A stretch of DNA of 64,000 nt. Source: an uncultured bacterium. GTDB lineage: Bacteria > Bdellovibrionota_B > Oligoflexia > CAYFLR01. Below the pieces are notes generated by a model. The model saw nothing but the letters and a program-made list of their open reading frames with translations. It had not been told where the DNA came from and made no database searches. Positions 20,044-29,739 of the stretch are shown in pieces. The DNA lies in assembly GCA_964544765.1 (NCBI GenBank), contig CAZJDM010000001.1:1851-65850 (forward strand), given 5' to 3'. A program made the position numbers and the translations under genes. Position 1 is the stretch's first letter, and the number at the start of each line of letters is the position of its first letter.

Positions 20044-20412
20044 ATGAAAAAATTAATCGTGGCCCTGGAATCAAATAGTTCCTTTTTTAAATCAGCTAAA
20101 AAAGAGCTTAAAGATGTTCTTGATAAAGGAAAACGAGGTTCTACTGTTTATAGAATTTCATTTTCTGAGCGCAAAGACTTTAATCGATTTATGGCAAATA
20201 TCCACGTTCTTCAAGTAATTATAAAAGACGCTCCTATATCAATTAATGAGCTAGCAAAAATATTAAACGTTGATCGAAGTGGCATCGTTAGAATATTGAA
20301 GTTCTTTGAAGAATTTGAAATTGTTAAATACGACGAAATAAAGGTCGGCAAAAGAAAACAGAAAAAGCCAATCGTCGATTTTAAGAAAATAGAAATTGAT
20401 TTGGCGTCATGA
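20044..20412 (+). CDS. small winged-helix DNA-binding protein
   Basis: INELAKILNVDRSGIVRILKFFEEFEIV is a MarR/ArsR-like wHTH segment. 122 aa with a basic C-terminus. Confidence 0.4.
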   Translation: MKKLIVALESNSSFFKSAKKELKDVLDKGKRGSTVYRISFSERKDFNRFMANIHVLQVIIKDAPISINELAKILNVDRSGIVRILKFFEEFEIVKYDEIKVGKRKQKKPIVDFKKIEIDLAS

Positions 20413-20441
20413 AAAACTTAAAACATTACCCAAGCTCAGTG

Positions 20442-21740
20442 TTACCGCTTTAAGTTGACAACCTCCTCAATCATACTGTCAGTGGTTGTAATACAACGAG
20501 AATTGGCCTGAAACCCCCTTTGAGACATAATCATTTTAACAAACTCATTGGCCAAATCTACATTTGACTCTTCTAAGGAAGATGAGAAAACACTTCCCCG
20601 ATTTCCAGATTGAGCTAAACCAACACTGGGAGATCCAGACTCTACTGTCGCGTAAAAAGAAGCCATTCCAGCCTTTTTCAACCCATTTATGTTGTTAAAT
20701 GACGCCAGAGACAAACTACATAATTGGCGCTCAATTCCGTTAGAAAACACACCTCTCATAACGCCATCTAGATCAATCTTCATGGTCTTTAAGTTTCCTG
20801 TCTCATAACCATCTTGACTATGAGTAACCACTGTAGATGGAGTACTAGCGGAAGATGTTTCCCCAAGACCATCACCACCTTCTTCTAAAATATTTGTTCC
20901 AAAATCAAAGACTATTTTTTGTTCTTGTTCAACTCCCCCCGAAAAATTAGCCATAATATCATCATGCTCCTCGTTCAAAAGCTTTCCTTCCTGATCAAAA
21001 AATATCCTTCCAGAAGCAATCACCGAAAAAACACCTTTTTCTCCACCTTCTATTTCCTGACCTTCAACTCCAGCATACCAAGACCATATATTTTCGGTTC
21101 CCGGTTTTTTAGAAAAATATACATTAGTCTCATGAGGTGTGCCGGCCGAATCAAAAACAGTAACTGAAGTGGAAAAACTACTTGTGTTTTGTGGTCTATT
21201 AGAATTGAATTCTTCAAACGAGTCAGACCGTAAATCCAAATTAACTATCATTTTCACTTGTTTGGTTTTATTGGGTGGCAAATTGGTCTTTATTACCCTA
21301 ACATCGGTCAATTTAGGAATCAAGCGCCCTGAAGGAGATGCCATATAACCTTGGACGCGGCCATTATTACTGTCTACCATATAACCGTCTTTATCAAACT
21401 GAAAGGTTCCTTGCCTTGTATATAAAAGCCCTCCTGTTGAAGAAGAGGCCTTACTTTTTACAACAAAAAACCCGTCTCCCTGAACAGCGAGATCTGTTAA
21501 TCCTGACGTCCCAGTCACTCCTCCCTGAGAGAAGATAGTAGAAGTATTTCTTAAACGCGTACCTCGACCAATCTGAGCACCTCCACCCATATCCATCGAT
21601 AACATATCCTCGAATTCAGCCCGATCATACTTAAAACCTCTAGTATTGGAATTTGCTATATTATTAGCAACAATTCCCATACTGTCAGCATTGGCGTTTA
21701 ATCCAGTTACGCCACTATATAATGCTTGCGATATGGCCAT
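20442..21740 (-). CDS. flgE: flagellar hook protein FlgE
   Basis: N-terminal MAISQALYSGVTGLNANADSMGIVANNIANSNTRGFK and C-terminal GFQANSRCITTTDSMIEEVVNLKR are the conserved flagellar rod/hook termini. 432 aa. Confidence 0.85.
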   Translation of the reverse strand: MAISQALYSGVTGLNANADSMGIVANNIANSNTRGFKYDRAEFEDMLSMDMGGGAQIGRGTRLRNTSTIFSQGGVTGTSGLTDLAVQGDGFFVVKSKASSSTGGLLYTRQGTFQFDKDGYMVDSNNGRVQGYMASPSGRLIPKLTDVRVIKTNLPPNKTKQVKMIVNLDLRSDSFEEFNSNRPQNTSSFSTSVTVFDSAGTPHETNVYFSKKPGTENIWSWYAGVEGQEIEGGEKGVFSVIASGRIFFDQEGKLLNEEHDDIMANFSGGVEQEQKIVFDFGTNILEEGGDGLGETSSASTPSTVVTHSQDGYETGNLKTMKIDLDGVMRGVFSNGIERQLCSLSLASFNNINGLKKAGMASFYATVESGSPSVGLAQSGNRGSVFSSSLEESNVDLANEFVKMIMSQRGFQANSRCITTTDSMIEEVVNLKR

Positions 21741-21766
21741 AATTACTCCCTATTTTAAGTTAATAT

Positions 21767-22666
21767 TTATTCAAGATTATTCTCTTTTGATTTATTGAAA
21801 GTACTATTAATAGCTCTTACCGCATCTACATCCACCATACCAAGGTCAGTAATAAGAACTGGTACATCTCCCTGCATACGTACACCGGTAACTCGATTGA
21901 CTGTAGCAATTTTTACTGGTACGGGCCTAGAATTAATATCCACCCCCTCGACTTCATAAAAATACACACCCTTACTAGCTTTAGTTCCGTCCAATTTTCT
22001 GCCATCCCAAGTAAATGTATTTAAACCCTCTTTTTGTTTTTCTAACGATAGCTCACCAGTTTTTTGTCCATGACTATCCCTAACAACTACCTTGCCCCTT
22101 GTAATGGGTCTATCTATCTCAAATTGACCCCTTCCTTTTGTTTTTCCATCAAATTGAAACCGTCCCCCGTCCGTCTCAACAGATTTGCCAATAAAATTTA
22201 CTAGACTATTGAAATTACCCTTATCGTTGGATTGAATTAAATTATTAATTCCTTTACCTAACTCCATTAATTGTTCCAAGCTTGTAAACTGGGCCATTTG
22301 TTGAGCTAATTCCACATTTTCTATTGGTTTGGTGGGATCTTGTACCTGCAATTGAGTAATAAATAATTTCATAAAATCGTCTTTATCTAGTTGGGTTTTA
22401 TGATTCTTTCCCGAATTAAGTACTTTCTTTTGTTCCATTACTTCAAACAACTCCTTTCCAGTTGCTGTCTGTTCCTTGATTGCTCTCTGGCGCTTAGCTT
22501 CAATGGAAGATCGATGAACCAACTGTTCAAAATCAATAGGATCTGATTTCTGATTGGTATAGTTACCCGATGTTTTTGGTGTAGTTTTAAAGTTTTTTAC
22601 ACTTTCTAAGGCATTTGACTTAATCTTATCAGAAGTTAAAACTTGTGAAGTGGATTGTATATTCAA
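21767..22666 (-). CDS. flgD: flagellar hook capping/assembly protein FlgD
   Basis: The conserved FlgD segment VELAQQMAQFTSLEQLMELGKGINNL, plus a C-terminal beta domain. Lies between fliK and flgE. Confidence 0.7.
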   Translation of the reverse strand: MNIQSTSQVLTSDKIKSNALESVKNFKTTPKTSGNYTNQKSDPIDFEQLVHRSSIEAKRQRAIKEQTATGKELFEVMEQKKVLNSGKNHKTQLDKDDFMKLFITQLQVQDPTKPIENVELAQQMAQFTSLEQLMELGKGINNLIQSNDKGNFNSLVNFIGKSVETDGGRFQFDGKTKGRGQFEIDRPITRGKVVVRDSHGQKTGELSLEKQKEGLNTFTWDGRKLDGTKASKGVYFYEVEGVDINSRPVPVKIATVNRVTGVRMQGDVPVLITDLGMVDVDAVRAINSTFNKSKENNLE

Positions 22667-22696
22667 TTTAATCTCCTTAGTAGTATTGATAAATAT

Positions 22697-24625
22697 TTAA
22701 GCACGAACACTCACCCGATCTCTAGAAATAACAGACCGATAATGTTGTTCTGGTCGTACACTGCTAGTTCTATCTGTCAGTACCCGCTGATTATTTTTTT
22801 CAACGGAATCATCAGTCTCATCATAAATAAAAGAACGCGCTTCTTTTTCCTGGTTCCTGTCAAAACCTTGATTGGCCCTTTCAAAGTTATCTGCTGTAGA
22901 CTCGTTTTCAATTTTTACATTTATACTTTTAAATTGAAGATTTTGATTATGCAAAGATTCCTTCAGTCTTCCCATACCTTCTTCTAGCATTTTCTGCACT
23001 TCTTTGGACTCAGTAACAACGGCCAAAGAAACTTCCTTACCATCAACATCCACATTAAAAATTACTTTGCCTAGGTGATCTGGTTTTAATTGTATTTTAG
23101 CTGCTCCACCACCTGATTTAATATTATATTCAGCTTTCTCAACTATCTTATCAACCATAGCCTTGATATTCTCAGCCCTGTCACCTTTCAACAACACCTC
23201 ATCTTGTTGGAAAACCGCGCTTTCTGTCTTGTTACTAGGGAAATTAGCGGTTTCAGCTCCCATATTAATATCACTCAACTGGCTAGGTTCATGGATAACT
23301 TTACCGGTGTTTTCTTTATCAACAACTGTAGCTCTAAAATCATTCTTATCGGACTTAGCCCATTTAGCTGCTATTTGTTCTGGCGTAACCTCTTTATTGG
23401 TAGACAAACCATTTACGCTCACCATTTTTTCACTAGTTTTAGTCTGATTAGCCACCGAGCCTGCTTTTGATTCATTTGCGGTTGGTGTTAGAAATAAAGA
23501 TGAATCAGTATTATTGCTTCTTACATTATTGAGCGGTTTATCTATCAAAGAATGACCGTCTTGTTTTTTAACCAGAGAGGCCACCTGCATAATATCGGTT
23601 GAGTTTTTAGTAAAGATATCAGTTGGTGCTTTCATCTGTTCATTAGAAGAAACTTTGAGAGAATGGCCCTTTGTTAATTTAATAAATGAAGTTCTATCAT
23701 GTTGTTCTTGATTTAAAGATTGTAGAGAATGACCTCCATCTTGATGCCGAATATCTGAAAGATCACTAATTAGATATTCATTACCTAAACTACCCTTTTT
23801 ATTAGAACTTCCCTCTTTCTGATAAGAACCTTTAATCAAGGGATCCTGCATAGATTTAGTTCCCCGAAGTAAATCACTTTGATGATTTTTTTCATTTTGC
23901 TTAATATTTTCAGTTCCTTTTTGAGACAGATTGGGAGCTACTATCGTAGAAGACTTTTTTTGTTGTATTTTTTCTGCCCTAACCAGATAATCCGAAAGAT
24001 CGCCCATTTTAACACTGTCTTTCAAAATTCTTAGCTCACTTTGAATAAGCTCGTGATCAAAACCCATTTGATCCAAGAGCTGTTTCATTGTAATAGATTG
24101 ATTTGGAGCAATACCAAAAGCATCAATTATTTCTGTTTCTTGATATTTGTCAAACCCTATCTCCTTTAAAATATCTGCTGGGAGTTTTTCTTCACTTAAA
24201 ACCTGATTAACCCCTTTATCCATTATAGATTTGATCAACGAATTTCTAGTAATGACTTCTACAATGCTATGTTTGAAGTCACTTTTATTACTTGTGATCA
24301 TTGGTTGTTTGGTTTTATTCATGGTTTCTGTATCAAAACTAAAAGCTCCTGTTAAAATAGACAGAAGAGGGGAGTCTTGAATTAAAAGTTGTTTTTTTTC
24401 TTCTAAATTGTTTTCCTTTTTTAATACTTTTTTTTTCCACCCCATATTAATTTTTTTATCTTCTAACGTAGGTGGTTTTTTTTTATTTGTTCTGGCCAAA
24501 ACCTTTTCAAATGAAGAGTTTTTATCTACCTTTTTCCCCGTTTTTTTTACATTTGACATGTCTTTAGTATTATCAACAATATTTCCTTTAGTTGAAGAAG
24601 GTAGTAATAAATTACTTTGCGCCAT
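22697..24625 (-). CDS. fliK: flagellar hook-length control protein FliK
   Basis: Long disordered N-terminal region. C-terminal FliK domain (IQLKPDHLGKVIFNVDVDGKEVSLAVV...). Position between ylxF and flgD. Confidence 0.7.
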   Translation of the reverse strand: MAQSNLLLPSSTKGNIVDNTKDMSNVKKTGKKVDKNSSFEKVLARTNKKKPPTLEDKKINMGWKKKVLKKENNLEEKKQLLIQDSPLLSILTGAFSFDTETMNKTKQPMITSNKSDFKHSIVEVITRNSLIKSIMDKGVNQVLSEEKLPADILKEIGFDKYQETEIIDAFGIAPNQSITMKQLLDQMGFDHELIQSELRILKDSVKMGDLSDYLVRAEKIQQKKSSTIVAPNLSQKGTENIKQNEKNHQSDLLRGTKSMQDPLIKGSYQKEGSSNKKGSLGNEYLISDLSDIRHQDGGHSLQSLNQEQHDRTSFIKLTKGHSLKVSSNEQMKAPTDIFTKNSTDIMQVASLVKKQDGHSLIDKPLNNVRSNNTDSSLFLTPTANESKAGSVANQTKTSEKMVSVNGLSTNKEVTPEQIAAKWAKSDKNDFRATVVDKENTGKVIHEPSQLSDINMGAETANFPSNKTESAVFQQDEVLLKGDRAENIKAMVDKIVEKAEYNIKSGGGAAKIQLKPDHLGKVIFNVDVDGKEVSLAVVTESKEVQKMLEEGMGRLKESLHNQNLQFKSINVKIENESTADNFERANQGFDRNQEKEARSFIYDETDDSVEKNNQRVLTDRTSSVRPEQHYRSVISRDRVSVRA

Positions 24626-24849
24626 AATGAATCCATATAAAATTTATTTGAAAATTAAACTCACGGGATAAATTAGATGCAACATCTATACCAAAATTTT
24701 TTCCCAATTTGTCTTTCAATTTTTTTTTCTAAAGTTCCAAAAAACAGAGCCGAACAGAAGATAAGATGAAAAATAGGTTTTCTTTTAAAAGACTTAAAGA
24801 ATGGAATTTTTTTCCGCTTAACCAGGAAAAAAATACTCATTACTCATAT

Positions 24850-25563
24850 TTATTTAATATTTGAAATCGCCTTGAGTCCTTTTTTCTTTTTTAGCTTGGC
24901 TAAAGCCTCGGAATACTCAACTACTTTATCTGTGTTCATTTTTTCAAAAAGCTTAGAAACAAATTTTTCTTTTAAATGAAGTAATAATTGAACCGCTAGA
25001 CCCTTGTCCATTCTTTCAAAAGCAGGGCCCGCTCTTTTTACATCCATTTTACTATACATAAGAACCAATTTTTCTAGTCTTTTCTTTTTGATTTTCTTCT
25101 CTTGTTCAATTGATTTTTTATATTCTCTATAAATCTTTTCTAACTTATTTATTTTGGCAATAATTTCTTTTTCCATCTTTTTGATATCATTCTCACGTTC
25201 TAATAATTGCCTTTCTTTCTCAACCAGCTCCATTTGTTTTTTCTTCAGTTCCGACACCGAAGGGGTATCCTTCTCTTTAGACTTGATATCTTTCCCAGGT
25301 TTGCTTACTTGTGGAATATATTTTTTTCTGGCACTCTCTTTTTGTTTGCTCATTTCTACATCTAAGGCTCTATTTTTATCTTGGTCGTATTCTTCAACCT
25401 CCTTAGAAGCTTCTTCTTTCTCATTTATACTTTTTTTCCCAGCGGACCCGCTCTTTTTTTCACTATTTTTGGCAAATAGAGAGTTTAAATCCCATGATGT
25501 TCTTTTTAAATAGACCGGCAACAAAAACAAAAAAGCAATTAAGAAAAACCATCTAACCGACAT
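24850..25563 (-). CDS. YlxF/FlbB-like flagellar operon protein (MgtE-N-like C-terminal domain)
   Basis: Single N-terminal TM, K/E coiled-coil, and a C-terminal AVQLLLHLKEKFVSKLFEKMNTDKVVEYSEALAKL. Sits between fliJ and fliK exactly where ylxF sits in the Bacillus subtilis fla/che operon. The start is taken at the internal MSVRWFF. Confidence 0.45.
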   Translation of the reverse strand: MSVRWFFLIAFLFLLPVYLKRTSWDLNSLFAKNSEKKSGSAGKKSINEKEEASKEVEEYDQDKNRALDVEMSKQKESARKKYIPQVSKPGKDIKSKEKDTPSVSELKKKQMELVEKERQLLERENDIKKMEKEIIAKINKLEKIYREYKKSIEQEKKIKKKRLEKLVLMYSKMDVKRAGPAFERMDKGLAVQLLLHLKEKFVSKLFEKMNTDKVVEYSEALAKLKKKKGLKAISNIK

Positions 25564-25996
25564 TTTTATGGAACCCTCCTTTAAAAGTAGAAAAGTCATC
25601 CATCTGCTTATTTTCAATTTTTCTTTCTTCTAATAAATATTTTTTATATTCTTTGTCTCGTAACTCATCCATCAGTTTTTGCTCTTGCTTAGCCTTAACA
25701 ATTAAATGTTCTTTTAAAGCAACATCATTTTTGGCAGCATTAATTAGCACTAACTGATCCATAATATCTTTTTTCAAACTATCAAGATAGACATTATAAA
25801 TTTTCTCTTTTTCATAAAATCCATCAACTAAAGCTTGCATCAACTGATTTTTCCTTTCAACATACTTATCGCGTAAATTAAATAATACCTCAGTTTCTTC
25901 TCTAACTTTTCGATACAAAGCCTCCAACTCTTTTAAAAGGATATTTACCCTTTCTTCTTTATATTTGCGTATAGGTTCTAAAGCAAATTTAAACAT
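25553..25996 (-). CDS. fliJ: flagellar export protein FliJ
   Basis: 147-aa coiled-coil protein immediately downstream of fliI. Confidence 0.55.
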   Translation of the reverse strand: MFKFALEPIRKYKEERVNILLKELEALYRKVREETEVLFNLRDKYVERKNQLMQALVDGFYEKEKIYNVYLDSLKKDIMDQLVLINAAKNDVALKEHLIVKAKQEQKLMDELRDKEYKKYLLEERKIENKQMDDFSTFKGGFHKNVG

Positions 25997-25999
25997 TTA

Positions 26000-27340
26000 T
26001 TATTGTGTTTCTTGATTATTATTAATTAAATCACCAATCTGCTTAACGCTTTCCTCTATAGAACATTTTTCATTAATATCCTGGCGTAAAAATGATAGCA
26101 GACCCGACCTTTTCGATATTGATTCATCAATATCCTGATCACTACCTCTTTGATAGGCGCCAATTTCGATCATCATCTTAGATCTTTCATATACAGAATA
26201 GAAATGTTTGGCTTTCATTGAAAGATTCCAATGTTCTTTATCGATAACATCAATCATTAATCGAGATAGACTGGCCTCTATATCAATTGCGGGATAAACA
26301 CCCTGCTGAGCAAGTTCTCTACTTAGTACAATATGGCCATCCAACGTACCTCTTACCGTATCCGCTACTGGATCTGTTAAATCATCCTGATCAACCAATA
26401 CGGTATATATTCCTGTAATAGCCCCCTTTCCTTTACATGTACCTACCCTTTCTAATAACTTGGGAATAGAAGAAAAAACAGACGGTGTATAACCTTTTGA
26501 GGTTGGAGGTTCTCCTATTGCTAAACCAATTTCTCGCTGTGCATGAGCAAATCGAGTTATAGAATCCATCATTAACAAAACATTCTTTCCCCTATCGCGA
26601 AAATATTCAGCAATGGCAGTCGCCAGATTAGCTCCCCTTATTCGTAAAAGAGGGGATTTTTCAGAAGACACTACCACCAAGACACTCTTGGCCAATCCTT
26701 CCGGGCCAAGATCTTTTTCAATAAACTCCCTAACTTCTCGTCCTCGTTCTCCAATAAGGCCAATAACATTAATATCTGCTTTCACATTTCTAGCCACCAT
26801 ACCAAGTAGAACAGATTTTCCTACTCCACTGCCTGCCATTAGAGCTACTCGCTGACCCTTTCCACAAGTAAAAAGACCATTAATAGCTCGAATTCCTAAG
26901 TCTATAGAATTTTTAATTTGCTTTCTATCAACCGGACTAGGTGGATCATTATATAAAGGGAAATTCTCCAGTTTTTCTGGCTCACCCTTACCATCTAAAA
27001 TATTGCCCATCCCATCCACAATTCTCCCTAAAAGTGAATCGCCAACTTTGATTAAAGCTCCTTCACCCCTTATTCGAATACTACTATTGGTGCTAACCCC
27101 TACCAGAGACTCATACGGCGCTAATAAAACTTTATCTCCCCTAAACCCTACCACCTCTGACATTAATTTGGAATTTGTCTCTTTGGATATAACATCACAA
27201 ATGTTTCCCATTCTTGCCCCTGGTAAGTACCCTTCTATAACGGTACCTATTATCTGGCACACTCTACCCTGAATGGCAAAGGATTCAACCTCTTGTATTT
27301 TTTTGTCAAAAGCTTCTGGATTAAATATTCTCATATTCAT
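26000..27340 (-). CDS. fliI: flagellum-specific ATPase FliI
   Basis: Walker A GSGVGKS, Walker B, and the F1/T3SS-ATPase fold. 446 aa. Confidence 0.9.
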   Translation of the reverse strand: MNMRIFNPEAFDKKIQEVESFAIQGRVCQIIGTVIEGYLPGARMGNICDVISKETNSKLMSEVVGFRGDKVLLAPYESLVGVSTNSSIRIRGEGALIKVGDSLLGRIVDGMGNILDGKGEPEKLENFPLYNDPPSPVDRKQIKNSIDLGIRAINGLFTCGKGQRVALMAGSGVGKSVLLGMVARNVKADINVIGLIGERGREVREFIEKDLGPEGLAKSVLVVVSSEKSPLLRIRGANLATAIAEYFRDRGKNVLLMMDSITRFAHAQREIGLAIGEPPTSKGYTPSVFSSIPKLLERVGTCKGKGAITGIYTVLVDQDDLTDPVADTVRGTLDGHIVLSRELAQQGVYPAIDIEASLSRLMIDVIDKEHWNLSMKAKHFYSVYERSKMMIEIGAYQRGSDQDIDESISKRSGLLSFLRQDINEKCSIEESVKQIGDLINNNQETQ

Positions 27341-27361
27341 AAATATTAATATTAGTTTTTG

Positions 27362-28702
27362 TTAAGAGGCTTTCTTATCTGTTAAAGAAAGATCTAATTG
27401 TTCAACCATGTGATCTATTTGCCTATCAACACTTGAATCAATTACATTCATTTCAGTTTCAATTATAAAATTCGATTTATTGATCCCTGGATCCTTTATC
27501 AATTCCGTTAGTTCCAAATCAGGAAATTTTTCTTTTAAATTGGGAACCAGATTTTGAAAATACTCATAATCATCAGGGTTAATCTTTACCTTGATTCTAT
27601 CTTTTTTGGCAGTCTTTTCTATCACCTCATAAAAAATCTGCTTCAAAATATCTTGATCCAAAGATATCTCTCTATGAATTACCCTCTTAGCTGTTTTTTC
27701 TATGATTAATTTAAAATTTTGTTCTAAAGAAGAGTATACTTTACGCTTAACCTCTTCCAACTCTTGCAACAGTTCTCCTACTTTGGTGAACAAATCATTT
27801 ACCCTAGCTTGAACACTAATAAAACCCTTTTCTTCACCAGACAACCATCCTTGATTAAAACCTTCTTTTTTGGCCGCCTCTATTTCAACCATATCATTGT
27901 CATCTAAATATTTTTTTTGCTTCTCATCTTCAATATCAACAAAACCTTGCTCAATAGATTCAGACTCAAAAATACTTGTTTTCTTTAAATCAGTATCAAC
28001 CGATTCTATTGGTGCCTTTTTTGGTTTTTCAGCGCTTTCCCCCTCCCTCACATCATCAATGTCCTCCTTAGACCTGGTATCAACTGATTTAATATCCGGG
28101 CCATCAAGGTCAACATCCTCAGGTTGGCCCTCATATCCTGTTTTTTTTCCATTCTCTTCGGATTCTTCTTCCAAACCAGAGTTTTTCATGGCCTCATGAA
28201 ACAATTTACTACCCACATCAACTTTTTCCACAGTGCTATCATAATTAAACTTCATATCCTCCATCGAGCGAGTTTTGTCCTCTTTTTTACTACCCCCCTT
28301 TTCACCATCTTGTGTTTTTTCCCGTTCTCCCCCCCCTTCCTCAGCCTCCTCTTCTTCCATTAATACCTGAGCATTTTCATCGTCATCATCTCCTAAATTA
28401 TAAAATCCTTCTCTTCGCCTTTTAATCTCTTGTTCTATATTTTTAACTTCATCAGTAAAGTCCTCTAATTTAATTCGCTTTCCTTCAGAGGAAAATGATT
28501 TCTCACAATACTCAGAAGCGTCTTTAGACAACTTTTTTAGGACTTTTTCTCCATGTTTATTTTTCCTTAATAAGTTACGAAATCGGTTATCAAAAGGAAC
28601 TTCATCAAAAGAATTAATCTCTGAAAAAGAATACTCGTCTACCTTAAATTTATGCTGATCCTTTTTCTTAATAACCATCATGACTTTATGTATCCCTTTC
28701 AT
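27362..28702 (-). CDS. fliH: flagellar assembly protein FliH with a long acidic N-terminal expansion
   Basis: The C-terminal ~150 aa are FliH-like (LEEVKRKVYSSLEQNFKLIIEKTAKRVIHREISLDQD). Position between fliG and fliI. The N-terminal ~280 aa are D/E/K-rich. Confidence 0.6.
   Translation of the reverse strand: MKGIHKVMMVIKKKDQHKFKVDEYSFSEINSFDEVPFDNRFRNLLRKNKHGEKVLKKLSKDASEYCEKSFSSEGKRIKLEDFTDEVKNIEQEIKRRREGFYNLGDDDDENAQVLMEEEEAEEGGGEREKTQDGEKGGSKKEDKTRSMEDMKFNYDSTVEKVDVGSKLFHEAMKNSGLEEESEENGKKTGYEGQPEDVDLDGPDIKSVDTRSKEDIDDVREGESAEKPKKAPIESVDTDLKKTSIFESESIEQGFVDIEDEKQKKYLDDNDMVEIEAAKKEGFNQGWLSGEEKGFISVQARVNDLFTKVGELLQELEEVKRKVYSSLEQNFKLIIEKTAKRVIHREISLDQDILKQIFYEVIEKTAKKDRIKVKINPDDYEYFQNLVPNLKEKFPDLELTELIKDPGINKSNFIIETEMNVIDSSVDRQIDHMVEQLDLSLTDKKAS
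28329..28336. repeat. homopolymeric C8 (G8 on the fliH coding strand)
   Basis: ctcc cccccc ttcc read directly. Encodes EGGGE in FliH. Confidence 0.9.
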
Positions 28703-28709
28703 TTAATAA

Positions 28710-29699
28710 TTAGACAAAAGCAGCATCTCCAGTAGCAATAACAATTTTGCCCTCCTCGTCCAATTTTCTGGCAATTGCTATCAATTCCTGTTGAGCAATT
28801 TCTACCTCGGACAATTTGACGGCGCCCATGGTTTCTATATCCTCTTGTAATTCTTGTCTTGCCCTATCAGACATATTATTGAAAATTAATTCTTTTACTG
28901 CCTCTGAGGCAGTTTTTAGAGCATACTTAAGTTTTTCTTTATTAGCGGCATTTAAGATCATTTGAATACCTCTGTCGTCTATCTTGACAAAATCATCAAA
29001 AGTAAACATAAGATTGCGGATCTGTTCTGCCAAATCAGGATCTCTCTCTTCGAGCTTATCTAATATCTGTTCTTCTGTATTTTTATCTAAGAAATTGAGC
29101 ATATCTACTATGGGTTCTACACCTCCTCTTTTCTGAACAGATACACTACCTAAGCGTTGTACTTCATGACGTAAAATCTCATCAATTTCTTCTATAATTT
29201 CTGGAGATACTGATTCCAGATTAGCAATTCTTAAGATAACCTCTGTATGAACATTTTCTGGTAGCATTTTTAAGGTATCACCACATTTCTTAGAATCCAA
29301 ATGAGCAAGTATCAATGCAATAGTTTGAGGATGTTCATTTCTAATAAAGGTAGCAAGTGTCTTAGGATCAATTAACTCTAGAGAATCTAAATTTACAGAT
29401 GCTACTAGAGCCAGGTCTTCCATTATGCCTTCAGCATCTCCGCCCATTTGCGCAAGTATTTTCTTGGTGTAGTCACTACCACCAAAATAATATTTTTGAT
29501 CAGAGTTTAATATTTGCCAAAACTCACGCATGATCTCATCGATTACTACGTCATCCACACGTCCCAATCGAGACATGGCGCTACCAATTCGCTTTATCTC
29601 AAATTCCGACATATTACGGAAGATTTCTGCCGATATTTCTTCTCCAAAAGCCAATAGCAAAATAGCAGCTTTCTGTGCTCCAGTATATTTAACTGCCAT
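28710..29699 (-). CDS. fliG: flagellar motor switch protein FliG
   Basis: MAVKYTGAQKAAILLLAFGEEISAEIFRNMSEFEIKRIG and the C-terminal torque helix region. 329 aa. Confidence 0.85.
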   Translation of the reverse strand: MAVKYTGAQKAAILLLAFGEEISAEIFRNMSEFEIKRIGSAMSRLGRVDDVVIDEIMREFWQILNSDQKYYFGGSDYTKKILAQMGGDAEGIMEDLALVASVNLDSLELIDPKTLATFIRNEHPQTIALILAHLDSKKCGDTLKMLPENVHTEVILRIANLESVSPEIIEEIDEILRHEVQRLGSVSVQKRGGVEPIVDMLNFLDKNTEEQILDKLEERDPDLAEQIRNLMFTFDDFVKIDDRGIQMILNAANKEKLKYALKTASEAVKELIFNNMSDRARQELQEDIETMGAVKLSEVEIAQQELIAIARKLDEEGKIVIATGDAAFV

Positions 29700-29739
29700 T
29701 GCTCCCCCTTATGTATCTATATTTTAATACTATACCTTC

